Shown: positions 39,653 to 54,090, counted from the first letter of the stretch. The stretch: 64,000 nucleotides of DNA from Eledone cirrhosa (GCA_964016885.1 OZ024741.1:376154001-376218000), one strand, 5' to 3'. The notes: a model not told the origin generated them from the letters alone. Made by a program: numbers and translations.

Positions 39653-42301
39653 TTCACGACGCATATGTGTGAAATGATTAGAGTTAGCCGAGGCATATTA
39701 AAGCTGTTCACCGGGGAGAAAAATGACTTTCTTCAATATGCACATATCTATCGAACATTGAAATAAGTATAATGTATCCATTGGCTTGGAATTACATATT
39801 ACATATTGCATATTTCTAGAAACGAATGAATATATAATGAATGAATGGAGTAAACGGGTTGATATATGGACCGGAAATTATAAGGAGGAATGCACGGTTA
39901 ATTGGCAGAGGATACCTCTGAGAATGAAAATTCTTAATTTTGTCATGTATTACAGAGAATATTATATTAAAAAGGATAAGACCTTCTGAAACGGTGTTTT
40001 ATGAAAATTTGGTACAGAGGATAAAGAGTTTTACAATTTAGCTTCACATACATTTATATAGATATATAAAGTCCTGTGGGAGCCTTGACCGGGCTACGAT
40101 AATATCCGATTTTATAGGTCTAGAATGCGGTGAATATACCGATTCAACGTGTTCATAAAACGAAGAAAAACCACAGACGCTGTCTAGTATCATATCGTTC
40201 CACAGCATTAGTAATGTTTCCGATAATCGATGCAGGATTTTACAAGTGGGAAATATGTAAATTATATTGTTCGGTTTTCATTATTTAGTATAAAACCTAA
40301 TAGGAAGCATTTATATGGTCATTAAATGTGCTAGAAATACCAGGCAGTCAACCTTCAAATAGCAACCAAGCCATTAAAACTTTAGTGCCTTAGAAAATCA
40401 ATCGTGAGGGTGTCACAACAATCACCACCACCCCACCATAAAAAAACTACAAAGAAAATAACAACAGAAAAAGCCGCAACATCAAAAGCAATAACAACAA
40501 AAACAACAAAGATAGCCTACTTCGATGAACAGATTTGTTTTATTTCGTGCTCAGCAGTGATGTATCAGACCCGGGGAATAATTTGTAAAAATATTAAAGA
40601 CTTTATTCCTATATATTGACCTTTACGATCTCGTTTTAAACTCGGTCGAAATTCAGTGGAAGAAGATATATAGGACAATTTAGCAGCTCTATAAATCATT
40701 CTTAAACAAAGGTATTTCAACCAGAAACACCCCATCATTTTTGCACTGTACTTCCTTATCAATTGTGTCAGGTATCATTTTGTTAAATAATGTTGATTAA
40801 TAACTATTTACTTGCTATTTTTATCATATTGAGAGACTTGTTGAAGGCTTCCCTGTTAACCTGTGGGGTTCATCTTGTTTAAACCCAATTGAACCTTGAT
40901 TGAGGTGGACATATTTCCGTCACCATCATCAGTCCATGTTTTTCCTATGTTCATGAAGTCCAGAACCACATTACCCGATATGTTATTTACTAAGACGTTG
41001 GCGTTAGATTTGAGGGAGATGTTTCTGCTATTTCTAACGAGACGAGTCAAGTGACTCTGTTAAAGATGCAACGTTTACTCCCTTGGTTATCGTTATTTTT
41101 GTTGTTGTCATTTTTGTATTTGTTGTTGCAGTTGTTTTATCTCGGGCTAAACGTCAGTAATAAAATCTATTATCGAAAGTGTCCCTTCCTTCACCACATC
41201 ATCGTTTTCCTATGTATATGAAACCCAGGGCAACATTATCCGAAGTATTATTTTCTAAGATGGTGGCGTGCAATTTTATGTAGTTTCTGCTGCTATTTCT
41301 AGTAGAGACTTCCACGTTGACCCAGGACATACTTTTTGTTCTGTGCAGGTCTAGATTTTTCTCTATTCTACTTATTTCCTAAATCCGAGATAAGGGCAGG
41401 AGTAGCATGTGTAGATATCTCTGAACGAACTGACAAAAATAAACAAATATGAGATGTTTTTCTATTTTTTACCGAATAGAATTATCAAAAAACAAAAACC
41501 AAAACGTGAAGAAATTTATACAACTATAAAAAGAATAACTTTAAGTCATCTGAAAGTGTAAAGTTAAAATCTAAAAATAAAACTAAGATAAAACTTTCTA
41601 TTAAATCAGCAGCCATATTTGATGACTGCATACATAATACTATTAGAAGCCTGCTGTAAGGAAAACTAGCTTGGATTATTGAAGTTCATACAATGGCATG
41701 ATATAAATCAATACACTGCAAGTGTTTAGTAGCTGCGCCCTACACTACATATTATTTGAAGAAATCTGTTCATTCATATGCAAACCACATGTGAAGTGAA
41801 TTTGACCATTGGGGTTATACAACAGCTGATAGCATTGCTATATCTTCTGCATATCAAGCACTGTTTAAATTAGTAGAAGGGAATATCAAAGATTAGTCTG
41901 TTTGCTCATTATTTGTATATAGTCCATTTTTTATTGCTTTCGATATCTTTTTCTTCATCTTAGTTTTAGTTCATTGAGATCTTTTGTGACAGGCTATTAC
42001 AATTCAGTTATTTTCATTCTTACTCGGTGTCTTTGTAAGCGTGTTTGTATTTGCCTAAGAATCATACATAAACATAAAACTTCTGAGATACTACAAAGGT
42101 TATTAATGAAAAACAAATCTGTTACAAAGAAGTAATAAATATTCAAGCACAAAGAAACGTGATGATGAAAATATTGCCTTATGTCTCTGAAGATATAGCT
42201 TCACAATGCCATGAAAAAGAGTATCGTATATAAGAATTTATAGAAATACACATTTATACACATTTATACTCATAAACACCCACGACTTACACACGCAACA
42301 C

Positions 42302-42427
<126 letters not shown>

Positions 42428-43210
42428 CATATATACATATATATATAATATAGATACGGTAATATATAATTGTTTCTACTTTAGGCACAAGGCCAGCAAT
42501 CACCCAGAGTGCATATACGCAAGTGTATAACTTAGTAGAAGAATGTATTATAAAACTTTTGTCAGAATAATTAAACTTCAAATATTTGTTTAAATGACAT
42601 TGCAAACATCACACGTACATACACCCCAAAGGGACCGCGCACCACAAACACCTATCATATTGTACTGGAATATACTGGCATATATTTTACAGGTTGTAGA
42701 CATTATCTGATAACAGACCTTATACTCTTGTATAGAGTGATCAGAACTGTTTCATACCCCAAAAGCGACAATTATGAGATAGAAAGATAGACAGATAAAG
42801 ATAGATAAGATATCTATCTATCTCTATCTATATATCTATCTATCTATCTATCTATCTATCTGTATATATATAGAGAGAGAGAGCGGGAGGGTGAGAAAGA
42901 GAGAGAGAGAACCAATATATATGCATGAAGTGTTATATGCATGTGAGAACTCTTTGCACTGGCAAAGCTTGTGGTGAAGGATTTCATTTCGAAAGTTTAA
43001 TCAATAATTTCATTTTACATTCATTAAAATCAATTCCAATAACTTTCTTTTATATTTTCTTTTATCATTATAAAATCTATATCGGGATATTATATATCCC
43101 CAAAAGGATTTTCTACAATGTGACTAGTTGCAGAATATATGAGGAAATTCTTATGAATGTATATGATTGATATAATATTTACACAAAATGCAGAAATATA
43201 TATATATATA

Positions 43211-43951
43211 TACGTAGATACGTATATGTGTACAGGCGTACAGTAGTATGTATATATATACATACATGCACACATATATATATATGTACGTATGGGTTTA
43301 CCGAACATTTATTATAATGTTGGTTTGTTTGTTACAAACAAACGAACATTATAATAAATGTTCGGTAAACACATACGTACACATATATATATATGTGTGC
43401 ATGTATGTATATATATACACATATTACTGTACGTCTGTACACGTATATGTATGTACGTATAAATACTTATATTTAGGTATCAGCCGTACTAAGAGTGAGA
43501 AATGAAATTTCGTTTCATTCTTTTCCATTTATCGTTTTCGGTGCGCCCGGCCGACTAACTCACTGGATATGCAAATTAGGCTGCTCAGCCGTTAATATGC
43601 ATAGGGAAAGTATATACTTTCAAACGTTCAATCATCTGACAGAAAGGTATACGATGCTGACGATAGCTAATAAGCTTGAAACTAGTACATCGTTCCTGTG
43701 TCAGTGTTGAACAAAAGGGCGACGATGGTTGCCGAGCACTGTACGGCGTAATTCGGGCTGTTTGTTTACAAACAATCCGAACATTATAATAAATGTTCGG
43801 TAAACCCATACGTACATATACATATGTGTGTATGTATGTATATATATATACATACTACTGTACGTCTGTACACATATATGTATGTACGTATAAATACTTA
43901 TATTTAGGTATCAGCCGTACTAAGTGTGAGAAATGAAATTTCGTTTCAATC

Positions 43952-43957
<6 letters not shown>
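43211..43957 (+). mobile_element. Retrozyme-like 435-nt unit, ~1.4x tandem with 5' inverted arm
   Basis: gaacattataataaatgttcggtaaac at 43344 and 43779; 43211-43330 is inverted; one HHR. Confidence 0.8.
43651..43693 (+). ncRNA. Minimal type I hammerhead ribozyme, canonical core
   Basis: ACGATG/CATCGT; CTGACGA; AGCT(AATA)AGCT; GAAA; palindromic ACTAGT; GUA. Confidence 0.9.
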
Positions 43958-43999
<42 letters not shown>

Positions 44000-44000
<1 letters not shown>

Positions 44001-45652
44001 AAACGAAAAATAAGTGATGCATCTGAACTCAATTTATTGTGTGTTATAATTGTTTCGCCGGCAGACAGCTCGAGACACGATCATTGTGTGGATCTGTCTG
44101 ATTCTGGATCTGCAGGTTCGTCGGACACTTCTAATAATTTCGTATCAAATTTTCTCACTGGGGTGTTAGCGTAAAAAAACATTCTCTTCGCTCGTCCTGC
44201 TATTGGCTGTTGTTTTTCTACATCATCATAAATTTTGACCAATAGGTTCTGCCACACTGAGCATCAGCTGTCATTCTACCTGCCACACTTCAATGAATCC
44301 CTGCTGGGTTTGGTAGTTCACACGTCCACGCGCGCACTCACACATACATATATACACACACACACTCACACACGCACACAATCATATAAATTACAACATC
44401 CGCACGCATATACTCCCGCTATACATACGCACCCAAAGAGAACCCGTAAAGCTATAGACATACGCGTCTACAGACGCCTACCTACATGCATACATCAACT
44501 CACACACGTTCATACACACACACGCACACACACAGGCACACACACATGCATACGCGTATATCTACTCGTATACACAAACACGTACAGACATATACCTAGA
44601 CACGCACACGCACATACACACACGTGTCCATATATACAGGCACAAAACCAGACTCGCTCGCGAACACACACATATATGTATACATATATATATACATATA
44701 TAAACACACAAACAAGCCCTTACCCTACAGTGGGTGCACGTACACACACACACACTGGCTCATATACACTCTTACAAATATGCGCCTATTACCTACAGGC
44801 CCACGCACATCTACAAAGATACATACATACATATATCTGTCTATACACAAACATGAAATACACACAAAGTCATATAAAGGGTCATCAAGTCATACAATGT
44901 GTCATACGATGGTCATACATGAAAAGATGCATCTTGTTATACACATGCACAAATATAAACAATATAACCATATACGTACATCCATAGATATACATATATA
45001 TATATATAGATATATAAATATATATATACACATGTATATATCTATATACATACACAAATATGTACATACACACACAGACATACACATATATAGAAAAATC
45101 TACAATATACTAAAATCTACAAATAACGTCATACATTAAAGGATGTATCTTGTAGTAAACATGCACATATATAAACAATATAACCATATATACATACATC
45201 CATACACATACACATATATATATATATATATTTATATATACACATATATATATACATATACGGCTAAAGGTATGCGGTGGAGCGCACGCCGACCAGAGCG
45301 GCGAAACTGGTTCAAGGAAACAGACACCATACCCCGGATGACAGTATATGCTGACGTAGAAAAACAACAGCCAATAGCAGGAGAAGAGAATGTTTTTTGA
45401 CCCTAACACCCCAGTGAGAAAATTTGATCCGAAATTATTAGAAGTGTCCGACGAACCTGCAGATCCAGAATCAGACAGATCCACACAATGATCGTGTCTC
45501 GAGCTGTCTGTCCGCGAAACAATTGTAACACACAATAAATTGAGTTCAGATGCATCACTGATTTTTCGTTTTATATTATATCACACTCTACTCTGTAAAA
45601 ACATAGAGTGCTCAACCGGCATACCGCCTATGGAAGCATCTTAGCTACCATC
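44000..45652 (+). mobile_element. PLE 3' region (CA-rich UTR and pLTR) with inverted pLTR
   Basis: 44000-44222 is inverted at about 45356-45572; tail to 45652; no recognisable ORF. Confidence 0.75.
45444..45531 (+). ncRNA. Hammerhead-like motif, U4C variant (mirror copy 44041-44128, minus)
   Basis: GTGT/ACAC; CCGACGA; long stem II with CAGACAG/CTGTCTG; GAAA; palindromic ACAATTGT; GUA. Confidence 0.62.
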
Positions 45653-45686
45653 ACACACACACATATATATATATATATTATATATA

Positions 45687-45950
45687 TTGCTTTTTTCCGT
45701 TTATTGCCAGGGAACGTCTCCAAGAACCAAAGTATCGTCTTCCTGTTTTCCTTCGGTTGTAACGTTTTTCGAAATATTTACTTCTGCGTTCACAGATTGA
45801 CTTTTTTAGTTTCAGAAGATCCCGTTAAGAGTGAAAGCAGCGATTCTTTGCTTAAACTTTAATCCGTTATTTTAATAAATATTTGCTCTACGGTTGTTAT
45901 CTATTTGATATATATTTATCTTTATCGAGCGTCTTCAATTTTATTATTAT

Positions 45951-45955
<5 letters not shown>
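45687..45955 (+). mobile_element. Solo 3' pLTR fragment of family H1 with U4A HHR-like motif (45808-45858)
   Basis: Colinear with 59360-59638. Confidence 0.85.
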
Positions 45956-45987
<32 letters not shown>

Positions 45988-46456
45988 CCTCCATATCAGA
46001 AGAGAGAGTTAGAAATAGAAGATAAACAGAAAGTAGTGATGAAAAGGAGCGGGGAGTAAAAAAGATATACGTGCGTATTCTGTCGGCCATCTCGTGTGTG
46101 TATGTGTGTGTGTGTGTGTGTGTGGTAGATATTTATGTAACTACAGTTACAGGCGGTTCTACAGTTAAATCATTCAATACTGTTAAAAGGTTCCGTCATG
46201 TGTGGGGTTTATATTTACCTGTACGCCAAGGTTAAGGCGGAGTGCAGAATGTAAATACAAGTAAGAAGGAACGAAGTCAAAGTTGAGTCATAAGTTTTGT
46301 TGCATATCACAATTGCTTCGATATTGATCTGCTGAGGGGTCTTATCATAATGGTCGGGTTTCGGCTGAGCACCATCTCATCAGATATTTTTTAAGTCACA
46401 TAGTCACAGAACGCATTCATATATCCATATATGTATATTTACATACATGCGGATAT

Positions 46457-46551
<95 letters not shown>

Positions 46552-46879
46552 CACACACACGTATATATATATATATTGTCATATTTGGGGAGGGTCATAT
46601 TGTTATAATATTGCCAGAAATAATAATAAAACACATTCACTCTGGTTTGGTTTAGTTTTCGCTTCTGTATCATTTATATCTCCATAGTTAATTTATCTGG
46701 CAATCAAAGATATCATTGATTGACCTAAAAATACAGATATAATTATATATATATACAGTATATTAAAGTCCTTTCGTCACACATTTTAGACATCATCAGT
46801 GGTATTGTTATGTTTCCTCTCGTAAATTGTAATGTCTACGTCATTTTTATTTAATGTTTTATTAAATATATATATATAT

Positions 46880-48095
46880 ACAATAATGAGAGGTACACAA
46901 ACAGATATATGTGTATACAGATATATGTGTATACATATACATGCATACATTTTTCACAAGTATGTGAGATTGTGTGTTGTCAACCTTAACCAGTTTTTCT
47001 CTATGACAATGAGAGACAAGATAATCGGAATAATTAAATCAGAGCTATGTAATACGTTATAAAGTAAGAAAAAATATTAGACATAAATAAATACCTATTT
47101 TTTCTCCAAATTCCCGACTGTACAGTTTCGTGGCTACTATGCAAAAATCCTATATCATAGAGATGTAACATGTTTGTGAGGTTTGCCGACATAACAAGTG
47201 AATACCTCATGTAAAAATTTCAAAACAGGTCTGCTTCGCGCGAAAGAATCTCGAGAAAGCGGAGGGAGGCCCTATCACGTGATACAGTGGTCAAGAAATG
47301 GGGCTAAATCCCTTGTAGCAAAGAAAAATATCACAGAAGGCAGAGGGGATATTAATACAATGCAGAGGCTACAGAAGGAGGGGGTGTAAGGAAGACTGGA
47401 AGTGAATATAGTATTAGCTTGAAAGCAGTCACTATACTTCCGTGGTTACTCTACCGTGAGGGAGTTATAGACAATAATGAGAGGTACACAGATATATGTG
47501 TATACATACATATACATGCATATATACACATACATTTTTCACAAGTATATGAGATTGTGAGTTGTCAACCTTAACCAGTGTTGCTCTATAACTATGAGAA
47601 CAAGATAATCGGAATAATTAAATTGACTCCATATCAGAGCTATGCAATGTATTATAAAGAAAGAAGAAATATTAGACATGAATAAATACCCATTTAGAGT
47701 AACCACGGAAGTATAGTGACTGCATTCAAGCTAATACTATATACACTTCCCGTCTTCCTTACCCACCCTTCTGTAGCCTCTGCATTGTATTAATATCCCC
47801 TCCGCCTTCTGTGATATTTTTCATTGCTACAAGGGATTTAGCCTCATTTTTTTACCACTGTATCACGTGATAGGGTCTCCCTCCGCTTTCTCGAGATTCT
47901 TTCACGCGATGCAGACCTGTTTTGAAATTTTTCCATGAGGTATTCTCTTGATAAGTCGGCAAACCTCACAAACATGTTACATCTCTATGATATACGATTT
48001 TTGCATAGTAGGAACGAAACTGTACAGTCGGGAATTTGAAGAAAAAATGGGTATTTATTTATGTCTAATATTTCTTCTTACTTTATAATGTATTA
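46880..48095. mobile_element. Retrozyme-like ~591-nt unit, ~1.4x tandem then inverted
   Basis: acaataatgagaggtacaca at 46880 and 47471; 47696-48095 is the reverse complement of about 47050-47453. Confidence 0.8.
47942..48035 (+). ncRNA. Type I hammerhead, U3-A8 variant (degenerate mirror at 47110-47203)
   Basis: ATTCTC/GGGAAT; TTGATAA; long stem II; GAAA; palindromic ACTGTACAGT; GUC. Confidence 0.72.
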
Positions 48096-48098
48096 TAT

Positions 48099-48160
<62 letters not shown>

Positions 48161-48401
48161 CTACTCCTGCGCTGTTGTTTTTTATATTCATATATATATA
48201 TATATATATATATATCTTTATATATATGAATGCAGACAATTGAGCGCATATTGGACAATACAGTACTTGCCACCTGTAATAGAGATAGCTCTGTCTAAAA
48301 TGAATTTGATAATATCCCAGCTCAATTCAAGCCAACCCGAGGCTAAACAACAAACATTACAGTAGCATCAACAACAATAACAACTGCAGAGCAATTAAAA
48401 G

Positions 48402-48434
<33 letters not shown>

Positions 48435-48501
48435 AGGGCGGTGCCCCAGCATGGCCTCAGCCGGATGGCTGAAACAGGTAAAAGAGTAAAAGAGTAAAAG
48501 A

Positions 48502-48539
<38 letters not shown>

Positions 48540-49236
48540 GAATAAATAACATTTACACAAGCATGCATAAAAATGCATGCCAAATAGAGAGATAAATCGA
48601 TACCTCGAAATAGAAGTTTCGGTAAGGAATGAAAGACATAAAGTGACATTAATATCAGTAGGAGGTAGCGAAGGGTAGAAATAGCAACACACAAGTAACA
48701 AGAATCAGAAAATATACCTGCTTTATTAAAGAAGATATGTGTTAATAATTGTTTGTTCGTTGTGTTGAAATATTTGGTTAAAAGAGATATCACTGAGAAA
48801 CAAAAGAGAAAGAAATAAGATATTTAAATCCATTGAACACATAAAAGTTTGTAAAAATACGACAACGATCATGAACTGTTTATAAAATGAAGAAAACTTC
48901 GAAATAAAGAGGAAACAAATATGTAGATTATCAGGAGTTTAAAACAAAGGTTGAAAGCAAAGAAAATGCATTGTATTCAGACTTTCTGGATAATATTGTA
49001 ATGGATTTTACTTTAGTGTCTTCAAAATGTAAGTAAAAAGCAGAAAATATATCCAAAGCTAAGAAGCAACGAAACAAACAATTTGTCGATTGTTATATTT
49101 GAAAGTAAACACTGCAGCTTTTACTTATGTTACCGTGTTGTTATAGGCGTCGGTAAACAATTGAGAATTGATCTACCATGCTAGTAGTTAGCATACGTTT
49201 ATATTTGTATATATATATATATATATATATATACAG

Positions 49237-49282
<46 letters not shown>

Positions 49283-49290
49283 ACAGACAC

Positions 49291-49339
<49 letters not shown>

Positions 49340-49574
49340 CTAAGCTTATATATATATACTATTTATATACAAATTCACAAACACATGCACACATATATAT
49401 ACGTATAAACATGCTCAAGTAAATTGTAAGAATTAAGTATGTATATGTATATATTCATAGAAAGCTACTGCTTTTACCCGCACCTACTTCTCATGTTCAC
49501 ACACACACACACACATACACACACACACACATACACACACACATATACACTCACACACACACACACACACACAC

Positions 49575-49609
<35 letters not shown>

Positions 49610-49881
49610 GTATGCATGCTTATATGTATGTGTGGCTCACATTTATGCCTACATGACATTTTTTTTTTTGTTACCGAATTATAAACGATTTCCTTCTAGT
49701 TTCCATCACGCGAAAACCCACTCATAAAGCATGGAATATATCTGTATACATATGTATACATGGACGTATTTATATAACATTTATACGCATTCAATCACGA
49801 ATAAAGTTAAATAAATGAAAATTACCAAAAGGATATTGTGAAATGTCAACAGAAGCTCATACACAATCATGAATATATTTA

Positions 49882-49952
<71 letters not shown>

Positions 49953-50099
49953 GTAACTATGTATGTATGTATGTATGTATGCATGTATGTATGTATGGAT
50001 GTATGGATGTATATACATACAGAGTGGTTGGAAACAAATTGTCAATGACTTTAATTATGATTGGTCGATTTTCAAGAAACATGTTTTATTTCGAATATT

Positions 50100-50515
50100 A
50101 TAATGGTTTCTATTATAGGCACACGGCCAGCAACCTTGGGGGAGGGGAAACTCGATTAAATCGACCCCAGTGCATGACTGGTACTTTATTTTATCGACCC
50201 GTAAGGATGAAAGGCAAAGCTAAACTCGGTGGGATTTGAATCCAGATCATAAAGGGCCATAACTCTATGCTGCAAACATGGCGTTCGACACTCTACCAAT
50301 ACTGCCAATCCACCGCCAATTTCGAATATTAAAATTGTTTCTACTTTTGGCCCAAGGCTAGCAATTACCCAGTGTATTACTGGTACTTTATTTTATCGAC
50401 CCTGTAAGGATGAAAGGCAAAGTTAACCTCGGCGGGATTTGAACTCAGATCATAAAGGTAGGTAACTCTATGCTTCAAAGATGGTCTCCGACCTTCTACC
50501 GATGCTGCTAATCCA
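50100..50515 (-). mobile_element. Two tandem tRNA-derived SINEs
   Basis: SINE consensus twice (about 50100-50318 and 50330-50515). Confidence 0.85.
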
Positions 50516-50991
50516 CAATGATAGAGGTACAGTGTTAAGATTTTACATAGGCACCAGTGTCGTCTACCAGTGTTTATAAAGATTTGGGTATATCCTTGAA
50601 TGATTTCATGAGGAATTCAAGCGGTATGCTGGTCACTACATGACAAATGCGTTCCTCTCGTTGAGTTGGTTTTAAATTATAAACTTATTCCTTCACCAAC
50701 CCTAAAGGAAAACATCGAATGGCGTTAATTCTGGGCTTTTCGTTGGCCATTTATGTGTATCTCGACGACCCAGTCAATATCCTGGATAGTGGGCATCAAG
50801 GCACTGGCGCAAGACAGTGCGCGCAAAATGAGGAGGGGACTCATCTTTCATGCATATGAGGTCATTTATTTATGTTGTCCCAAGTGGTGATATTAACAAG
50901 AGTTATAAGTATGTGTTAAGAGGGAGTTTCTTTACACCCACACTCTATGTATGTATATATATATATACACACACATACATACACACAGACA

Positions 50992-51147
<156 letters not shown>

Positions 51148-51322
51148 TATAATAGATGCATTGTTTATAATGCGCCGAAACTTCCGTGACCTGCAGTTAA
51201 CTACTGACGAAGAGAGACTGTCCACCTCTTGTTTGTGTTTCCCTACCTTCTAACAGCCGTTATCAGTAACAACACAGCCCCTCCTCTCATCCATGTTTAT
51301 ATATATACATATATATATATAT

Positions 51323-51954
51323 ATGAAAGACGTAAAATAGGTACTAAGACATAACATATATATTTGCTAGCATGGGTATACATCTGTATACATATGTTGG
51401 TAGATATACTAATTCTCTATATTTATCTCCAAATTATTTGTTGAGAGAAACTTGCCAGAATTTACTGCTATGGTTCATGGTAGTAGTTAGGCTCTTGTCA
51501 TAGTACCACCCCCACTCCTCACTGATTAACCCCAGTGTCACGTGATTGATTCTTTAGAATTTGCCACTGACCAAGTAGGCAGTGAATTTTTTCAGTGCCC
51601 TGGAATTTAGTCCCCGCTAGCTTTATTCCATCCACTGAATTATTATTTTTATATGGGTTCCTAGTGTCCGCGCATTGCCTGGGAACTTAACTGAGAATAG
51701 ACTCCCTGATGACGTAAGGACTTCTCTATAGTTACATTGCGTAACTATATTTATTCCCTTAGAGAAACTAATTAGTTGGAGTGAAAATTTTAGTAAGTAA
51801 GTTGATATTTAATTTTTAAAATTTTCTTATTTTACGTCTTTCATATAATTGTTCTGCATCCCCCTGCATAGAACCACAAAGGTACTAAGACATAACATAT
51901 ATATTTGCTAGCATGGGTATACATCTGTATACATATGTTGGTAGATATACTAAT

Positions 51955-51959
<5 letters not shown>
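51323..51959 (+). mobile_element. Retrozyme-like 541-nt unit, 1.14x tandem with short inverted 5' stub
   Basis: 78-bp direct repeat at 51341 and 51882; 51322-51339 is inverted at 51828-51845. Confidence 0.78.
51701..51782 (+). ncRNA. Type I hammerhead ribozyme, canonical core
   Basis: ACTCC/GGAGT; CTGATGA; TAAGG/CCTTA plus TATAGTTAC/GTAACTATA; GAAA; palindromic ACTAATTAGT; GUU. Confidence 0.83.
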
Positions 51960-51985
<26 letters not shown>

Positions 51986-52043
51986 TTCGTTTCTGAATTT
52001 GGTGCGTGTGTTTCTTATTGGCAACATGATCCACCCAAAGCAT

Positions 52044-52137
<94 letters not shown>

Positions 52138-52332
52138 AAGAAGAGAGATTGTATCATATACATCAGTTTCTTTACACCACCCTAGTGCTTACGACTGTGT
52201 ACACTACAGTTGGTCGATTGCTTGATCAAAACACACACAAAAACGCACACACAAACAGACAAACACACAAATACACACACACATGCAAAACACACACACA
52301 AACTCGCACTCAGACACACACATATATATCAG

Positions 52333-52368
<36 letters not shown>

Positions 52369-52426
52369 CTATATGAACTGCATAGTTTGATTTGCAATCA
52401 TATATTGGAACACATAGCAGCACGTG

Positions 52427-52742
52427 CGGTGGATTGGCAGTACCGGTAGAGAGTCGGACACCATGCTTTGCAGCATAGAGTTACGTCACTTCATAATATG
52501 AGTTCAAACCCCGCCGAGGTTATCTTTGCCTTTCATCCTTAATTATTACGGGGTCGATGAATTGGCAGTATCGGTAGAGGGTTGGACGCCATGCTTTCTA
52601 GCATAGTTACGTCCCGTTACAGTCTGAGTTCAAATCCCGCTGAGGTTAACTTTGCCTTTCATCCTTACGGGGTCGAAAAAATAAAGCACCAGTAATGCAC
52701 TGGGTAATTGCTGACCTTGTGCCAAAAGCAGAAACAATTATA
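52427..52742 (+). mobile_element. tRNA-derived SINE dimer
   Basis: Two SINE heads with the same junction as at 29437-29470. Confidence 0.82.
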
Positions 52743-53056
52743 GCAGCAAGTAAATTATCCCTTGCAGAGTAAGATTGATGGGATAACCAAGTGCCGAGTC
52801 TCCTCGCTAGTACAGTACTATTATAAAATACAGTGGTGTTAGTGTAAGAAATAACAAACGCTAGCTGAAAAAGCAATGCAGGAAGGTGATCGAAGAAACT
52901 CCAAAACCCAGACTTTTTCAAGATACAAATGATTTGAAAGTACCTAAATATTTGAAAAAAGGGCCATATTCTCGAGCCATATTTCTGTAATAGCCCAACG
53001 CCTTGGACATACGGCATGATCGGACATGACAAACAAGTCCTGATTTTTAAGCTAAT

Positions 53057-53125
53057 AGTCCCAGAGGATGGCAGTAAGGAGTTGATAGAAACTCACCTTA
53101 CAGACCAACTGAAACGACATGGACT
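53057..53125 (+). ncRNA. Degenerate hammerhead-like motif (CAGAGGA core)
   Basis: AGTCC/GGACT stem I; TGG/CCA and TAAGG/CCTTA stem II; GAAA; cleavage triplet non-canonical. Confidence 0.4.
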
Positions 53126-53229
53126 CACCGTTGGGATTTTACTAATTAATATACCAGCTAAACATCTATTCAATATTAACCTGATCCTCCTTCATCTTCG
53201 TGGTCATCGCTCAACGCACACTTCGCCTA

Positions 53230-53295
<66 letters not shown>

Positions 53296-54055
53296 TATAT
53301 ATACTCGCTTGTCTGTCATCCTCCTAACTGCTATCTCCTATCTCTCTCGCATCCTTCGCCCTGCCTTCTCCACCGCCTGCCTTGACCCTCTTGACCATTA
53401 CCTATTGCGCACGCACACCACAACTCTCTACTTCCTCCGCATCATTCTACGGATTCTACAGCACTGGTCACACGCTCCAGACATCCACCTTCTTATACTT
53501 GGATTTTTCACCATCCGTCGATATACCCACCGGGAAACATTCACACACAAACACTCACACTATTTTCGCACACATGCAACCATACGTTCCCACGTATACA
53601 CACTACACAAAAACACACACTCGTGCGTATCCTCACATACACATACTCGGCCTCCTCTTCCCCACCCCTCCAACCCCTCTCCATCCACACGCGCACACAC
53701 ACTGACTTAAACCCCACATGTACACACTGGTTTTCCTATTACCCGAGCATGAAACCTTGTTCTTCCTCAAACTCTCACACTCACATCCACACATACACAC
53801 ACACACATACACCTACACACATACACACATACACCAACTTCCGCCCTCCCCGATCGGATCCCCTGTCTTCGTCGCCCCTCTCTCCCCTTGCATCCACCCA
53901 CCACCACCCATACACGCCTCACACCCTTTCACCACTTGTTTCATTTTCATTTTTTTACCCTATTTTAAATTTTTTTCCCTTCCCCTTAACTCCCCCCTTT
54001 AATGTCTTTCCACCACTCCCCCTCACACCCTCGGAACTCCTTTCCTTCCCGCTTT

Positions 54056-54090
54056 TCTCCTGATGAAGGGCATATTCCCGAAACGTCGTC
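54056..54090 (+). ncRNA. Minimal hammerhead-like motif in probable PLE 3' fragment (53300-54176)
   Basis: CTGATGA-A-GGG(CATATT)CCC-GAAACGTC; stem I poor. Confidence 0.45.

Noticed and set aside
41500-42240. Non-repetitive AT-rich stretch as possible exon or UTR
   Set aside because: No open frame or motif that I can support
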